Part shown: piece after piece, positions 41,108 to 50,669 of the stretch
How positions within the stretch are numbered: the stretch's first letter is position 1
How the letters are laid out: every line of letters begins with the position of its first letter
Origin: an uncultured Ignavibacteria bacterium
GTDB taxonomy: Bacteria > Zixibacteria > MSB-5A5 > CAIYYT01
DNA length: 64,000 nt
Direction of reading: 5' to 3'
NCBI GenBank assembly: GCA_964520555.1
Contig: CAZFNN010000004.1
Location: 128,134 to 192,133, forward strand
Notes under the pieces: model-generated
Seen by the model: only the letters and a program-made list of their open reading frames with translations
What the model was told of the DNA's origin: nothing
Databases searched by the model: none
Made by a program: the position numbers and the translations under genes

Positions 41108-42184
41108 TTACCGGTTGGAGAGTCGGTTTGAGTCCATTCCTTCCAAAGTTATCGTGCCAACTCCCGCCATGTCAATCTCGATTTTGTTCTGCCCCGATCC
41201 GACTTCGCCCTCGAGCACCGTCCGATTCACACGATTGACCCGGACCGGCAGGTCGCGCGTGTAGATTCGCCCGCCCTCTTCGGCGTGCAGGAACAGCCCC
41301 GCTGAGACCGTCGTCGGCAGCGTCATGTCGATCTTGCCGTTCTCGTTGCGCACAATCAGATCGCCGTTCAGCGACGCCAGGTCGAGCCGAATATTCGAAT
41401 TATCGGTAGCCAGCGTCGAGCGCCCCGACTCCAGCCGGATGTTGGCCGCCTGGATCTGCGCGAATTCGGTGCGCGCATCAACCTCGCCCCGGATCGAATC
41501 CATCTCGATCCGGCCGTTTTCGTTGCGCAGCCGAATCGTTCCCAGTTGCGCGTCGATGTTGCGCAAAACAAGCGGCCGGTTGGTTGTCGTTACTTTCGTC
41601 GGCCCGGTGCAATCGACCACGGTCACGGCGCCGTTGTCGCAGGTCACGTTGACTTTGTTGGAGATCTCCCGCAGGCGAACATCGCCGAAATTGTTGCTGA
41701 TATCGACAGTCGCAAACGGTCCGTCGATGTCGATGCCGAAGTTTGACGTCCGCGCGAAGATCTTCAGATTCGCTGCGGCCGGAGCCTCAATTTCGACCGT
41801 CACTCCCGCCGAGGAGTTCGAACCGCGCCACGGCGGCGACGAACGCGTCTCGGCCGATATCGCAAACTCATTCTCCAGGTCCTCGAACGCGATGTTCAGG
41901 TAGTCGGCAAACTGCTCCGCTTCCTCACGCGAATCCGCCTTGAATTGCTGCCGGATCACCACGCGCACATCACTGCGATTCGTCGCCTCCACTTTCAAGG
42001 AGCCGATCAAGTACGATGAGGCCGTGAACGACAGATTCTCCGTGCCGGCGACTCCGAAGGTCTTGACAATCGGGGCACTCTCGAACTTCTCGTTGCTGAC
42101 TTGTGTCAGGCGTTGCGCTGCCAGAGGAATCGTAAGTCCGACCACCAGCACCGCCATTACCGATCCGATCACCGATTTTGTCAT
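41108..42184 (-). CDS. DUF4097-family putative adhesin (beta-helix repeats)
   Basis: Repeated ...NGxIxV/I... beta-helix rungs (NENGRIEM, NENGKIDM, DNGAVTV). N-terminal TM/signal. Start at the ATG 42184. Confidence 0.6.
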   Translation of the reverse strand: MTKSVIGSVMAVLVVGLTIPLAAQRLTQVSNEKFESAPIVKTFGVAGTENLSFTASSYLIGSLKVEATNRSDVRVVIRQQFKADSREEAEQFADYLNIAFEDLENEFAISAETRSSPPWRGSNSSAGVTVEIEAPAAANLKIFARTSNFGIDIDGPFATVDISNNFGDVRLREISNKVNVTCDNGAVTVVDCTGPTKVTTTNRPLVLRNIDAQLGTIRLRNENGRIEMDSIRGEVDARTEFAQIQAANIRLESGRSTLATDNSNIRLDLASLNGDLIVRNENGKIDMTLPTTVSAGLFLHAEEGGRIYTRDLPVRVNRVNRTVLEGEVGSGQNKIEIDMAGVGTITLEGMDSNRLSNR

Positions 42185-42218
42185 CGCTATTCGATACGAG
42201 TTCCTAACTGATTCCGTT

Positions 42219-43073
42219 TCAAACAGTTTTGAGCGCGGAGGCAAGTTGGCTCATGGCGATCGCTGCCGCCACCGCCGCATTCAGCGACTCGATCCGACTC
42301 GAAGTCCGAATCGCAAAAACTTTGTCACAAGCCTTTCGCAGTGAGTCGCTTAGCCCGGTCGCTTCCGAACCGATCGCCAGGCAGACCTTCCCGCTCGGCG
42401 CCAGATCTTCCAGCCTTGCTGGAGCATCAGCAGCCGCACCGTACAATGCTATACTATTGGACTTCAATTTGCCAAACAAAGTTTCCGGCGATATCCCGCG
42501 AATCGTCGGCTGCAAAAACACCGCACCGGCTGAGGCCCGCAGCACCTTTGGGCTGCAGACATCCGCCGACCCGGGCGACAACGCCACCAGATCGACATTA
42601 AACGCCGCCGCCGTTCGCAAGATTGTCCCCAAATTCCCCGGATCGGCAAGTCCGTCCAGGTAGAGTACGAACTTCGCCCGCGGCCAGAACGGCTCGCCCG
42701 CCGGCAGTGCCTCCCGATCCGCTACCGCCAGAATCCCCTGCGAGTGCTCTGTCTCGCTGAAGGTTGCAAAGCGCCGGGCCCCGCATTCGTAAACCATCGC
42801 TCCTGGATGTTCCGCCAGAAACTTCTTTCCCGCTGTCGTCAGAAGAGTCGGACAACAAATAACATAATCGGGCATGATCCCCGTCGCCAGCATCGTCGCC
42901 ACTGCCCGGGTTCCCTCGATCAAAAGCTTCGAGCTCTTTTTGCGGGAATGCGGCGACAATAACGCCCGCACCTCCTTCTCACGCGCTGCCGTAAGTTCCA
43001 ACACAACGGCATGATAGAACTCCGTCGCTGACAGGTCAAACGAAATGCGCTTGCTCTGACGATTCCGGTTCAA
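42219..43073 (-). CDS. TrmH/SpoU-family RNA 2'-O-methyltransferase (RlmB-like)
   Basis: SPOUT motifs: LVLDGLADPGNLGTILRTAAAF, GSEATGLS, IPM-like SLNAAVAAAI. Confidence 0.8.
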   Translation of the reverse strand: MNRNRQSKRISFDLSATEFYHAVVLELTAAREKEVRALLSPHSRKKSSKLLIEGTRAVATMLATGIMPDYVICCPTLLTTAGKKFLAEHPGAMVYECGARRFATFSETEHSQGILAVADREALPAGEPFWPRAKFVLYLDGLADPGNLGTILRTAAAFNVDLVALSPGSADVCSPKVLRASAGAVFLQPTIRGISPETLFGKLKSNSIALYGAAADAPARLEDLAPSGKVCLAIGSEATGLSDSLRKACDKVFAIRTSSRIESLNAAVAAAIAMSQLASALKTV

Positions 43074-43082
43074 TTACTTCCG

Positions 43083-45698
43083 TTGATGCGTCGTCTCGGG
43101 CTCTTCTTGATAATCGCTGTCTCATTGCTGGCGACCAACGCTCTCCTGGCGGGTAGTCTTCGCCTCCACCTAGATGATCTGACCCCCAAAGCGATCCGCC
43201 AGTCACTCAACCAAAACGTCCGTGGATTCCGCATCGGCGTTGCCCTCTCCGGCGGCGGAGCACGCGGCTTTGCCCATATCGGAGTGCTCAAGGCCCTCGA
43301 AGAAATGGGCATCGATGTCGATATTGTCGCCGGCACTTCCATGGGCGGCATTATCGGCGGTCTCTATGCGGCCGGCATGTCGCCGCAGGAAATCGAGCAC
43401 GAGGCTCTCCAGATCGACTGGAGCAGCTTCTTCTCCGATCGACCACGCCGCACTTCGCTGCTCTTTACCCGCCGCGCCGAGACGGAGGGCGCCCTGCTCT
43501 CGATTCGCTTTGACCGCTGGAATCCGCAGATCCCGACTGCGCTTAGTACCGGCCAAAAACTTGTCAATGTCCTGAGCGACCTGACCCAGACCTCCGGCTA
43601 TTTCTCCGGCGGCAATTTCGCCAACCTCGAACGCCGCCTCGCCATCGTCGCCGTCGACCTCGTCGCCGGCGAACGCATCGTCTTTACCGATGGCTCGCTC
43701 GTCGAGGCTCTCCGCGCCACCATGGGCGTCCCGCTCGCGTTCACTCCCCTCGAACGCGGCAACCAACTGCTGATGGACGGTGGTCTTCTCGAGCCGATCC
43801 CAACCGCGGCTGCCCGCCAAATCGGCGCCGATTTCGTCATCGCGGTCAACACGACCTCCGACTTGCTCCCCAAGGAGAAGATTCTTGATCCGGTCGACAT
43901 CGCCAATCAAACCACGACCATCCTCTCCGCCGCCACCCGCGAACAACTGTTGGCGCAAGCGGACTTTGTCGTCGCGCCGGATTTGCATGACATCAGCGCT
44001 ACCGACTTTCGCCACAGTTCTGAAGCGATCGCCCAGGGTTACGACGCTGCGCTGGCGGCCTGCGATTCGCTCACGCACAAACTCGCGCAACACGACAAGG
44101 GCTCGATCCCCGTCCGCATCGCGCGCGTGGAGGCGATTGACCGCGCTACCGGTGCACTCAACCCGGACATCTCCGGTCTCCTGGCTCGGCTCACTGACGC
44201 TCCTCTGACTGGCGGTGATATCGCCGAGGCGTTACACCAGTTGTTCAGGACCGGAGCTTTTGCCTCGCTCGACTGGCAAGTCACGGCCTCTCCCGACACC
44301 GTCTTGCGTGTCGAGTTCACTCGCTTTCCCGTTATCGCGCACGTCAACTTTGAAGGCAATCGCGTCTTTCCCGACTCGACATTGCGGCGCATCGGCAGAC
44401 TTGACGATCGTAAGATCGAGACCTTGGCGCAGGTTACCGAACTCTACGGCCTCCTGTTCTCCCACTACCGCGCTGGCGGCTACGACCTGGCCCAGGTTAA
44501 GGGTGCCTGGCTCGATACCGCCCGTGCGGAACTGACCATTATTCTCGACGAAGGCCAGATCGTTGCACTTGCCGTCGAAGGCAACTCCGCCACGCGCTCC
44601 TGGGTCGCCGCCAGCTACTTCCCGCTTCAGATCGGCGATTTCTACAGCAAACCCAGGGCCCTCCGCGGCGTGCAGGAAATCTACAACTCCGGCCTCTACG
44701 ACAACGTCAATCTCCGTCTGGAGGACCAATCGGGCGGCGTCAAAGTCACGATCATCGTCAAGGAGAACAAATTCACCTTCGCCCGCCTCGGCGCCCGCTA
44801 CCACGAGGACTTCCACCCCGAGGCCTTTGTCAAGTTGGGTTATGCCAACCTTTTCGGCACCGGCCAGGAAATCACCGCTTACGCCCGCTTCTCGGAACGC
44901 CGCAAGCTGTATCAACTGCAATTGCGCGCCGATCGCATCTTTCGCACATTCCTCACCTATCGCATTCAAGGCTTCTACGCGAATAACAAAATCGGGCAGT
45001 TCATCGGTGATGATCGCATCTCCCACCGGACCGACAAACGTTGGGGGGCGCAGGTCGGCGTCGGCCAGCAGCTTCTGAAACTCGGATTAGTGGAGGCAAT
45101 TGCCCGGTACGAGCAGATTCGCTTCACTAATCCCCCCGCTGGCCCGGTCTCGGAACGCCGCGTCGCCTCGCTGATTGCCAGCATCCACTACGACACCAAG
45201 GATCGTTTCACCTTCCCGACGCGCGGCCAGGCAGTCGAGGCCGCCGCCGAGATCGCCAGCGACGTCCTGGGCGCGGACGAGGTCTTCACCCGGCTCGAGG
45301 CAACTGCCGAAACCTTTCAACGCTTCGGCCGCAAACTCGTGCTCCATCCGCGCGTCGCCATCGGTCTCTCGCAGGATATCCTCCCGGTTTACGATCGCTT
45401 TTACCTCGGCGGCACCCGCACCTTCTACGGTTACGAGACCGACCAACTCGCCGGCGACAAGTACTTCCTTCACAATCTCGAACTCCGCCTCGGTCCGGTC
45501 TATAGCTTCTATCTCTCCGGCCGCTACGATGTGGGCGATGTCTTCTCCAGCCTGGAGAACGTGCGCTTCAACCAGTTGCGCCACGGCTTTGGCGCCACTC
45601 TTTCCCTAGACACCCCGGTCGGTCCGCTCTCCGTCTCTTATGGCGGTGCCGACGGGACCGACCCGAATCTCTATCTCAATCTCGGCTTTGACTTTTAG
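43083..45698 (+). CDS. Type Vd autotransporter: patatin-like phospholipase fused to POTRA + Omp85/BamA-type beta-barrel (PlpD-like)
   Basis: Signal peptide. GVALSGGGARGFAHIGVLKAL oxyanion/Gly-rich loop and GTSMGG lipase serine. The C-terminal 450 aa carry a POTRA and a beta-barrel ending ...YLNLGFDF. Confidence 0.8.
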   Translation: MMRRLGLFLIIAVSLLATNALLAGSLRLHLDDLTPKAIRQSLNQNVRGFRIGVALSGGGARGFAHIGVLKALEEMGIDVDIVAGTSMGGIIGGLYAAGMSPQEIEHEALQIDWSSFFSDRPRRTSLLFTRRAETEGALLSIRFDRWNPQIPTALSTGQKLVNVLSDLTQTSGYFSGGNFANLERRLAIVAVDLVAGERIVFTDGSLVEALRATMGVPLAFTPLERGNQLLMDGGLLEPIPTAAARQIGADFVIAVNTTSDLLPKEKILDPVDIANQTTTILSAATREQLLAQADFVVAPDLHDISATDFRHSSEAIAQGYDAALAACDSLTHKLAQHDKGSIPVRIARVEAIDRATGALNPDISGLLARLTDAPLTGGDIAEALHQLFRTGAFASLDWQVTASPDTVLRVEFTRFPVIAHVNFEGNRVFPDSTLRRIGRLDDRKIETLAQVTELYGLLFSHYRAGGYDLAQVKGAWLDTARAELTIILDEGQIVALAVEGNSATRSWVAASYFPLQIGDFYSKPRALRGVQEIYNSGLYDNVNLRLEDQSGGVKVTIIVKENKFTFARLGARYHEDFHPEAFVKLGYANLFGTGQEITAYARFSERRKLYQLQLRADRIFRTFLTYRIQGFYANNKIGQFIGDDRISHRTDKRWGAQVGVGQQLLKLGLVEAIARYEQIRFTNPPAGPVSERRVASLIASIHYDTKDRFTFPTRGQAVEAAAEIASDVLGADEVFTRLEATAETFQRFGRKLVLHPRVAIGLSQDILPVYDRFYLGGTRTFYGYETDQLAGDKYFLHNLELRLGPVYSFYLSGRYDVGDVFSSLENVRFNQLRHGFGATLSLDTPVGPLSVSYGGADGTDPNLYLNLGFDF

Positions 45699-45888
45699 GC
45701 CGCTGCTGTTCACCGAAAACCCTTCGCGTCGTATCGACCGTAGCGCCCTGCCGGCGAAGAAAGTTCGTCGCTCAAGCGTTACCACTGTGATCTGCCAAAA
45801 ACTCGTCAACGCGGAGTTATTTTTACGATTTTATGAATCTCCATTTCGCCCGTCAAATACGTATACAACACTTTCTGGGCAGGCACAA

Positions 45889-46230
45889 ATGGCGGTTAGT
45901 AACAGTTATTTGGAGTATATCCTCGAACGGCTGGCGACCGTCGGCTCGGTGACGGCGCGCCGCATGTTCGGAGGCGTCGGCATCTACTCCGGCGCTACGT
46001 TCTTCGCGTTAATCGACGATGACACGTTGTTTTTCAAAGTCGACAATCGCAATCGACCGGAGTTTGAGGCCGAAGGAATGCTGCCGTTTCGTCCTTTCGG
46101 CGAGGATTCCTATGCCATGAAGTACTACTCCGTTCCCGAGCACGTGATCGAAGATGACCAACTGCTGCGCGACTGGACGGCCCGCGCGCTCGCGGCCGCG
46201 ACCAAACGCAAAGCCGGAAAGAAAAAATAA
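45889..46230 (+). CDS. TfoX/Sxy N-terminal-domain protein
   Basis: 113 aa. RRMFGGVGIYSGATFFALIDDDTLFFK matches the TfoX_N domain. The track start at 45640 is a read-through artefact. Confidence 0.65.
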   Translation: MAVSNSYLEYILERLATVGSVTARRMFGGVGIYSGATFFALIDDDTLFFKVDNRNRPEFEAEGMLPFRPFGEDSYAMKYYSVPEHVIEDDQLLRDWTARALAAATKRKAGKKK

Positions 46231-46251
46231 CCCGATCAGGAGAACGATCCG

Positions 46252-46731
46252 ATGGTAACCCTTACCGATCGCCGCCAGATGATTGACCAAATCCGCCGCT
46301 TGCCGGCACAGGCCCATGCTGCCGTCAAAGGCCTCAATGACGACCAACTCAACACCGCCTATGGTGAAGGCAAGTGGACCGTCCGCCAGGTGATTCACCA
46401 CCTCGCCGATTCCCACATGAATGCCTTTGTCCGCATGAAACTCATCATGACCGAGAATCACCCCACTTTGAAACCCTACAATCAGGACGACTGGGCGCGC
46501 ACCCGCGAGGCCAACGCCTACCCGGTCGAATCCTCGCTCAATATCCTCTTCGGCCTGCACGAGCGCTGGGCTAATCTGCTCGAAACCGTGCCCGAAACCG
46601 GCTGGAGCCGGACGGCTTATCATCCTGAAAACGGTGAGGTATCTTTGCAGCGACTTCTGGAAATCTACGCCGCGCACGGCGAAAAGCACGTCAAGTCGAT
46701 CACCGACTTGCGGCAACGAATGGGCTGGTAA
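46252..46731 (+). CDS. DinB/YfiT-like metal-dependent hydrolase (DinB_2)
   Basis: 159 aa. A His triad spread across a four-helix bundle (HHLADSH...H...H). Confidence 0.7.
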   Translation: MVTLTDRRQMIDQIRRLPAQAHAAVKGLNDDQLNTAYGEGKWTVRQVIHHLADSHMNAFVRMKLIMTENHPTLKPYNQDDWARTREANAYPVESSLNILFGLHERWANLLETVPETGWSRTAYHPENGEVSLQRLLEIYAAHGEKHVKSITDLRQRMGW

Positions 46732-46794
46732 CGAACCGACATGGGCGGCGGAGCAAGTCCACCGCCCGCTCCCGTCCGCCGGAACGAAAGCGCG

Positions 46795-47502
46795 TTAGCT
46801 CTTTCGGTGGATTACAATCGCCGTGCCGCGCAGGGACATCTTTACCTCGTCGCCGACCATCTCGTTGCGCAATGTCCAGCTTTCACCGCGATAGACAGTC
46901 TTGTTTTTGAGGTTCCACTTCGCCCCTTCGATCGACAGCCGCACCTTGTTACTCAACGGAATCACCGAAAACTGTTCGCCCGACTTGCCCGCAAACTGAA
47001 TCGTCCCCTCCGACCGGAGCCAGATTCGCTGTCGATGGTCGAGCAATTCGCCAGACGGCGGCGGCTTCAGTGAACTGCCGGCGCGCAGGATCAAGTCGAG
47101 CAAGAAGATATTCGCCAGCATTTGATCGGTCTCAAAGCTTGTGTCAATCGCGCCGTAAATCTCAATCTGACGGCAGTCGTGTTCCAGCGCATAGCGCACC
47201 GCTAACTCGCCGTCGGTCGCGTCCTTGTTGCGCGGATACTCCACCCGCTCGCAGTCGTCGAATTGCGCCAGCACCGCCGGATCAACCGAGTCGAAGTCCC
47301 CAAGAACCACCTGCGGCCGCAAATCCAGCTTGGCAAACAGCGCCAGCGCGCCGTCCACCGCAATTACGATCCGCTCCTCTTCCGCCCGGCTGACCGCCTG
47401 GCGGTAGAAATCCAGATGCTCGGTCGGGTACGCTCCGTTCAGGAAGATCGCCGCCGTCCTGTGCCCGCGTCGTTTCTTTCGTTTCTCCATTGCTGCCGTC
47501 AC
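46795..47502 (-). CDS. thiN: Thiamine pyrophosphokinase
   Basis: FLNGAYP...AVDGGA...LGDFDS catalytic motifs plus a C-terminal thiamine-binding domain. Confidence 0.75.
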   Translation of the reverse strand: MTAAMEKRKKRRGHRTAAIFLNGAYPTEHLDFYRQAVSRAEEERIVIAVDGALALFAKLDLRPQVVLGDFDSVDPAVLAQFDDCERVEYPRNKDATDGELAVRYALEHDCRQIEIYGAIDTSFETDQMLANIFLLDLILRAGSSLKPPPSGELLDHRQRIWLRSEGTIQFAGKSGEQFSVIPLSNKVRLSIEGAKWNLKNKTVYRGESWTLRNEMVGDEVKMSLRGTAIVIHRKS

Positions 47503-47550
47503 TTCATCCGATTATTTTTCGAGCACACAATCTATCGTGGAGACGTCCTC

Positions 47551-49317
47551 ATGTACAGGAGTTTGATTCTCTCTCTTTTCTGGATCGCCACCCTTGCCGG
47601 CGTCGCCGCCGCGCAGGAGTGGCTCACCGACTACGAAAAGTCCGGTTACGTTGAAACCCCCCGCTATCAGCAGACCGTCGACTTCTGCCGGAAGCTGGAT
47701 GACTACTCCCCGTATGCGCTCTTCACCGATTTCGGTACCTCGCCGCAGGGCCGCAAACTCCCGCTGCTGATCATTGACAAGGACCGTGAATTCGATCCCG
47801 CCGGCCCGCGGACTCAGGCCAAGGCAATCATCCTGATCCAGGGCGGTATCCACTCCGGTGAAATTGAAGGCAAAGATGCCGGCCTCACGTTGCTCCGCGA
47901 TTTTCTGATCTATAACAAGTTCTCCGATGCCTACGACAGCGTCGTGATCCTCTTCATCCCGATCTTCTCCGTCGATGCCCACGAGCGGTTCGGTCCCTCC
48001 AACCGCATCAACCAGAACGGCCCGCGCGAAATGGGTTGGCGCACTACCGCCACCAATCTCAACCTCAACCGCGATTTCATGAAAGCTGATGCCCCCGAGA
48101 TGCAGGCCTGGCTCGCCCTCTTCAACAAATGGCGCCCCGATTTCCTCACCGACATTCACACGACCGACGGCGCCGATTACCAGTACACTATCAGCTATGC
48201 GATCGAAACTCATCCCGGCGTTGCTCCGCCGCTTTCGCGCTGGATCGATAGACAATTCCTCCCGTTTATCAAGCAAAAGATGACCGAGTCGCAGTTTCCG
48301 CTGATCCCCTATGTCCAGCCGCTCCACGGTCACGACTACGCGCGCGGCATCGGCACCTACGCCTTCCCGCCGCGCTTTTCCAACGGCTACGGCGCTATCC
48401 AGAACCGCCCGTTCATGCTGATCGAAACTCACATGCTCAAACCGTATCGCGACCGCGTCCGCTCAACTTACGAGTTTCTGCGTCATCTGATCCGCTATTG
48501 CAGCGACAACGCCACCGCCCTCAAGCGCGCTGTCACCGAAAGCGATCGTCTATCCGCTGAAACGCTTGTCGGCAGCTATCTCCCGATCGACTTCAGGCGC
48601 ACCAAGGACAGCACGATGATCGATTTCTTCGGCGTCGAATATCGCTACGAGGATTCCCCCATCTCCGGCAGCAAGAAAGTCGTCTGGGGGCAGCGGCGCC
48701 GGACCTACAAACTGCCATTGTTCGACCAACAGGCCACACGCGACTCGGTGCTGATTCCGTATGCCTACCTGATTCCACAAGAGTGGTCGGATGTTATCGC
48801 CCGCTTGCAATGGCACGGTATCGCCGTCAATCGCCTCCGCGAGGCAATCGAATTGCCGGTCGAACTCTACCGCCTGACCGATCGCAATTACGATTCTGTG
48901 TCCTTCGAAGGCCGCTTGCGCGTCGGCTGTCACACGCAGCTCTTCCGGCAGACTCAGACCTTCCCCGCCGGTACAGCGGTGGTGGTGATGAATCAGCGCA
49001 CCAGTCGCGTCGCCGCGCACCTGTTGGAACCGAAAGCCCCCGATTCTTTCTTGAGCTGGGGATTCTTCAGCGCCGTATTTGAGCAGAAAGAATACGCCGA
49101 GGGCTACATTATCGAGCAGATCGCCCCGCAGATGTTGGAGGCCGATACGCTGCTTCGCCTCGAGTTTGAAACGCGGCTGGCCTCCGACTCTGCCTTCGCA
49201 GCCAGTCCTGAGCAGCGACTCGATTTCTTTTACCAACGTTCCCCTTACTGGGACGAGCGCCTGAACCTCTATCCGGTCGCGCGCCTGGTCGAGAAGCGTG
49301 CTCTGCCGCTGGAGTGA
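47551..49317 (+). CDS. M14-family zinc carboxypeptidase (secreted)
   Basis: Signal peptide. IQGGIHSGEIEG (HxxE zinc ligands) and a downstream His. 588 aa. GGAGA RBS upstream of the ATG at 47551. Confidence 0.7.
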   Translation: MYRSLILSLFWIATLAGVAAAQEWLTDYEKSGYVETPRYQQTVDFCRKLDDYSPYALFTDFGTSPQGRKLPLLIIDKDREFDPAGPRTQAKAIILIQGGIHSGEIEGKDAGLTLLRDFLIYNKFSDAYDSVVILFIPIFSVDAHERFGPSNRINQNGPREMGWRTTATNLNLNRDFMKADAPEMQAWLALFNKWRPDFLTDIHTTDGADYQYTISYAIETHPGVAPPLSRWIDRQFLPFIKQKMTESQFPLIPYVQPLHGHDYARGIGTYAFPPRFSNGYGAIQNRPFMLIETHMLKPYRDRVRSTYEFLRHLIRYCSDNATALKRAVTESDRLSAETLVGSYLPIDFRRTKDSTMIDFFGVEYRYEDSPISGSKKVVWGQRRRTYKLPLFDQQATRDSVLIPYAYLIPQEWSDVIARLQWHGIAVNRLREAIELPVELYRLTDRNYDSVSFEGRLRVGCHTQLFRQTQTFPAGTAVVVMNQRTSRVAAHLLEPKAPDSFLSWGFFSAVFEQKEYAEGYIIEQIAPQMLEADTLLRLEFETRLASDSAFAASPEQRLDFFYQRSPYWDERLNLYPVARLVEKRALPLE

Positions 49318-49335
49318 CTCCAGCGCGTTTTCTCC

Positions 49336-49380
49336 CCCTCTCCCTGTTAGGGAGGCGGGTCGGGGGAGAGGGTGAATTTT
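49336..49380 (+). terminator. Hairpin plus TTTT after the M14 gene
   Basis: ccctctccc-N19-gggagaggg followed by tgaattttcg. Confidence 0.35.
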
Positions 49381-49440
49381 CGTCCCGCCGTAACTCCGCC
49401 GCGCGGGGTGTGACCCGACGGTCAGCTCAACCACTCCAGA

Positions 49441-49482
49441 ACCACCGACAACAAATAACCTCCGGGTCGGTTGACCCGGAGG
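49441..49482 (-). terminator. Rho-independent terminator of the porin-cytochrome operon
   Basis: cctccgggtc-ggtt-gacccggagg is a perfect 10-bp stem. On the minus strand it is followed by TTATTTGTTGTCGG. Confidence 0.6.
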
Positions 49483-49514
49483 CTATTGATGATTGCCCTA
49501 AGACGTCGGCTAAA

Positions 49515-50660
49515 TCAGTTGTCCAACTCCGCCAGTCCGTTCTTGCTGACGGCCCCGGGCGGGTTGTCGTTCAAGTACTCGATCGAACGGTTTAGCATCG
49601 CTTCAAAGAACTTCGCGTTGTGCATGCCCCGCGAACGATCCTCTTTGTAGATTACCCAGTTGTATAGCGCGCCGGCAACGGCTACTGGAAGCGTGGCCGT
49701 TATTTGGGCGAAGTCTTCACGTAATGCACCCTGAGCCACCAAAAGGGTTCCCAGCGAGTCGTGCAGCAGGTCAAACTCGGTTTGAATGCCCTCGGTAATG
49801 CCATCGCCGTTAAGATCCCGCAATTCCCAGTCGTCGAAATCGGTAATGGCCGGCTGACCTTGCGGTTGTGGACCATACTCGTCAGCCTCGTTGTGACAGC
49901 CTTGAGTCGCGCAAGTTCCAACCAGAGTGTATTCAGTCCCGTCATGAGCCTCAAAGCGCATGTTGAAACTGTGCCCGCCGACATTGTAGCCGTCATGTTG
50001 CGAGGGATTGCCCATGTGGCAGCCGACACAAGCATCGCGAACAATACTTGCGTGCTCAGTGCTTGGATAGGCAGCGCCCCCAAAGGTGTACGCGTGAGTT
50101 CCTTGAACCATATCGCCTTGCGGCCCGTGGTGCGGGCCAAAACGATTATTGACACCCTTGGTCGGACCAGCGCCAAGGTCAGCCGTCATCGAAGTGCGGG
50201 TGTGGTGACACTGCACGCACAAATTCGCCTGGCCATGATCAAACACAACTCCGTTCTTCAACGTGTACGGCTCATCGATACGCAGCGTCAGATCGCCTCG
50301 TTCATGCGGAGCATGGCACGTGAAACAATGAATCGAACTCACGGTCGATTGGGCCAGCGAGTCTTCTTCACCAGTGCCGATCCAATCCAGGAAGCCCTGG
50401 TGGTTATGGCACTGCTGGCAATCGGAGCCGGGGCGATTGGTGTAGTCAATGCTCGTGCCCGAAGCATGCAGCGAATTTTCCCACTCGCCGCGCGCTTGCA
50501 GCAACGCGCCGTCAAAGCTGGTCTCGCCGTGGCAGGCAAAACAACCGTTCAGGCTCTGGTCGTTGCTGGCAATTTCGTTAACGATTTTGCGCTCGCATCC
50601 TGCGATCAACGCCATCGCCAGAACGAGGGCGACAATGATTAGTGCTTTCAGGATCCTCAT
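49515..50660 (-). CDS. Outer-membrane lipoprotein multiheme cytochrome c (5 CxxCH + 1 CX4CH), MtrC/OmcB-role candidate
   Basis: Lipobox LIAGC. CFACH, CQQCH, CFTCH, CVQCH, CVGCH and C-terminal CATQGCH. AGGAGG RBS 5 nt upstream. Last gene of the three-gene operon. Confidence 0.75.
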   Translation of the reverse strand: MRILKALIIVALVLAMALIAGCERKIVNEIASNDQSLNGCFACHGETSFDGALLQARGEWENSLHASGTSIDYTNRPGSDCQQCHNHQGFLDWIGTGEEDSLAQSTVSSIHCFTCHAPHERGDLTLRIDEPYTLKNGVVFDHGQANLCVQCHHTRTSMTADLGAGPTKGVNNRFGPHHGPQGDMVQGTHAYTFGGAAYPSTEHASIVRDACVGCHMGNPSQHDGYNVGGHSFNMRFEAHDGTEYTLVGTCATQGCHNEADEYGPQPQGQPAITDFDDWELRDLNGDGITEGIQTEFDLLHDSLGTLLVAQGALREDFAQITATLPVAVAGALYNWVIYKEDRSRGMHNAKFFEAMLNRSIEYLNDNPPGAVSKNGLAELDN

Positions 50661-50669
50661 ACTAACCTC

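Noticed and set aside
45640-45888. N-terminal 83 aa of the tfoX-domain ORF
   Set aside because: It has no homology and starts inside the PlpD 3' end. The TfoX_N homology begins at the internal Met at 45889.
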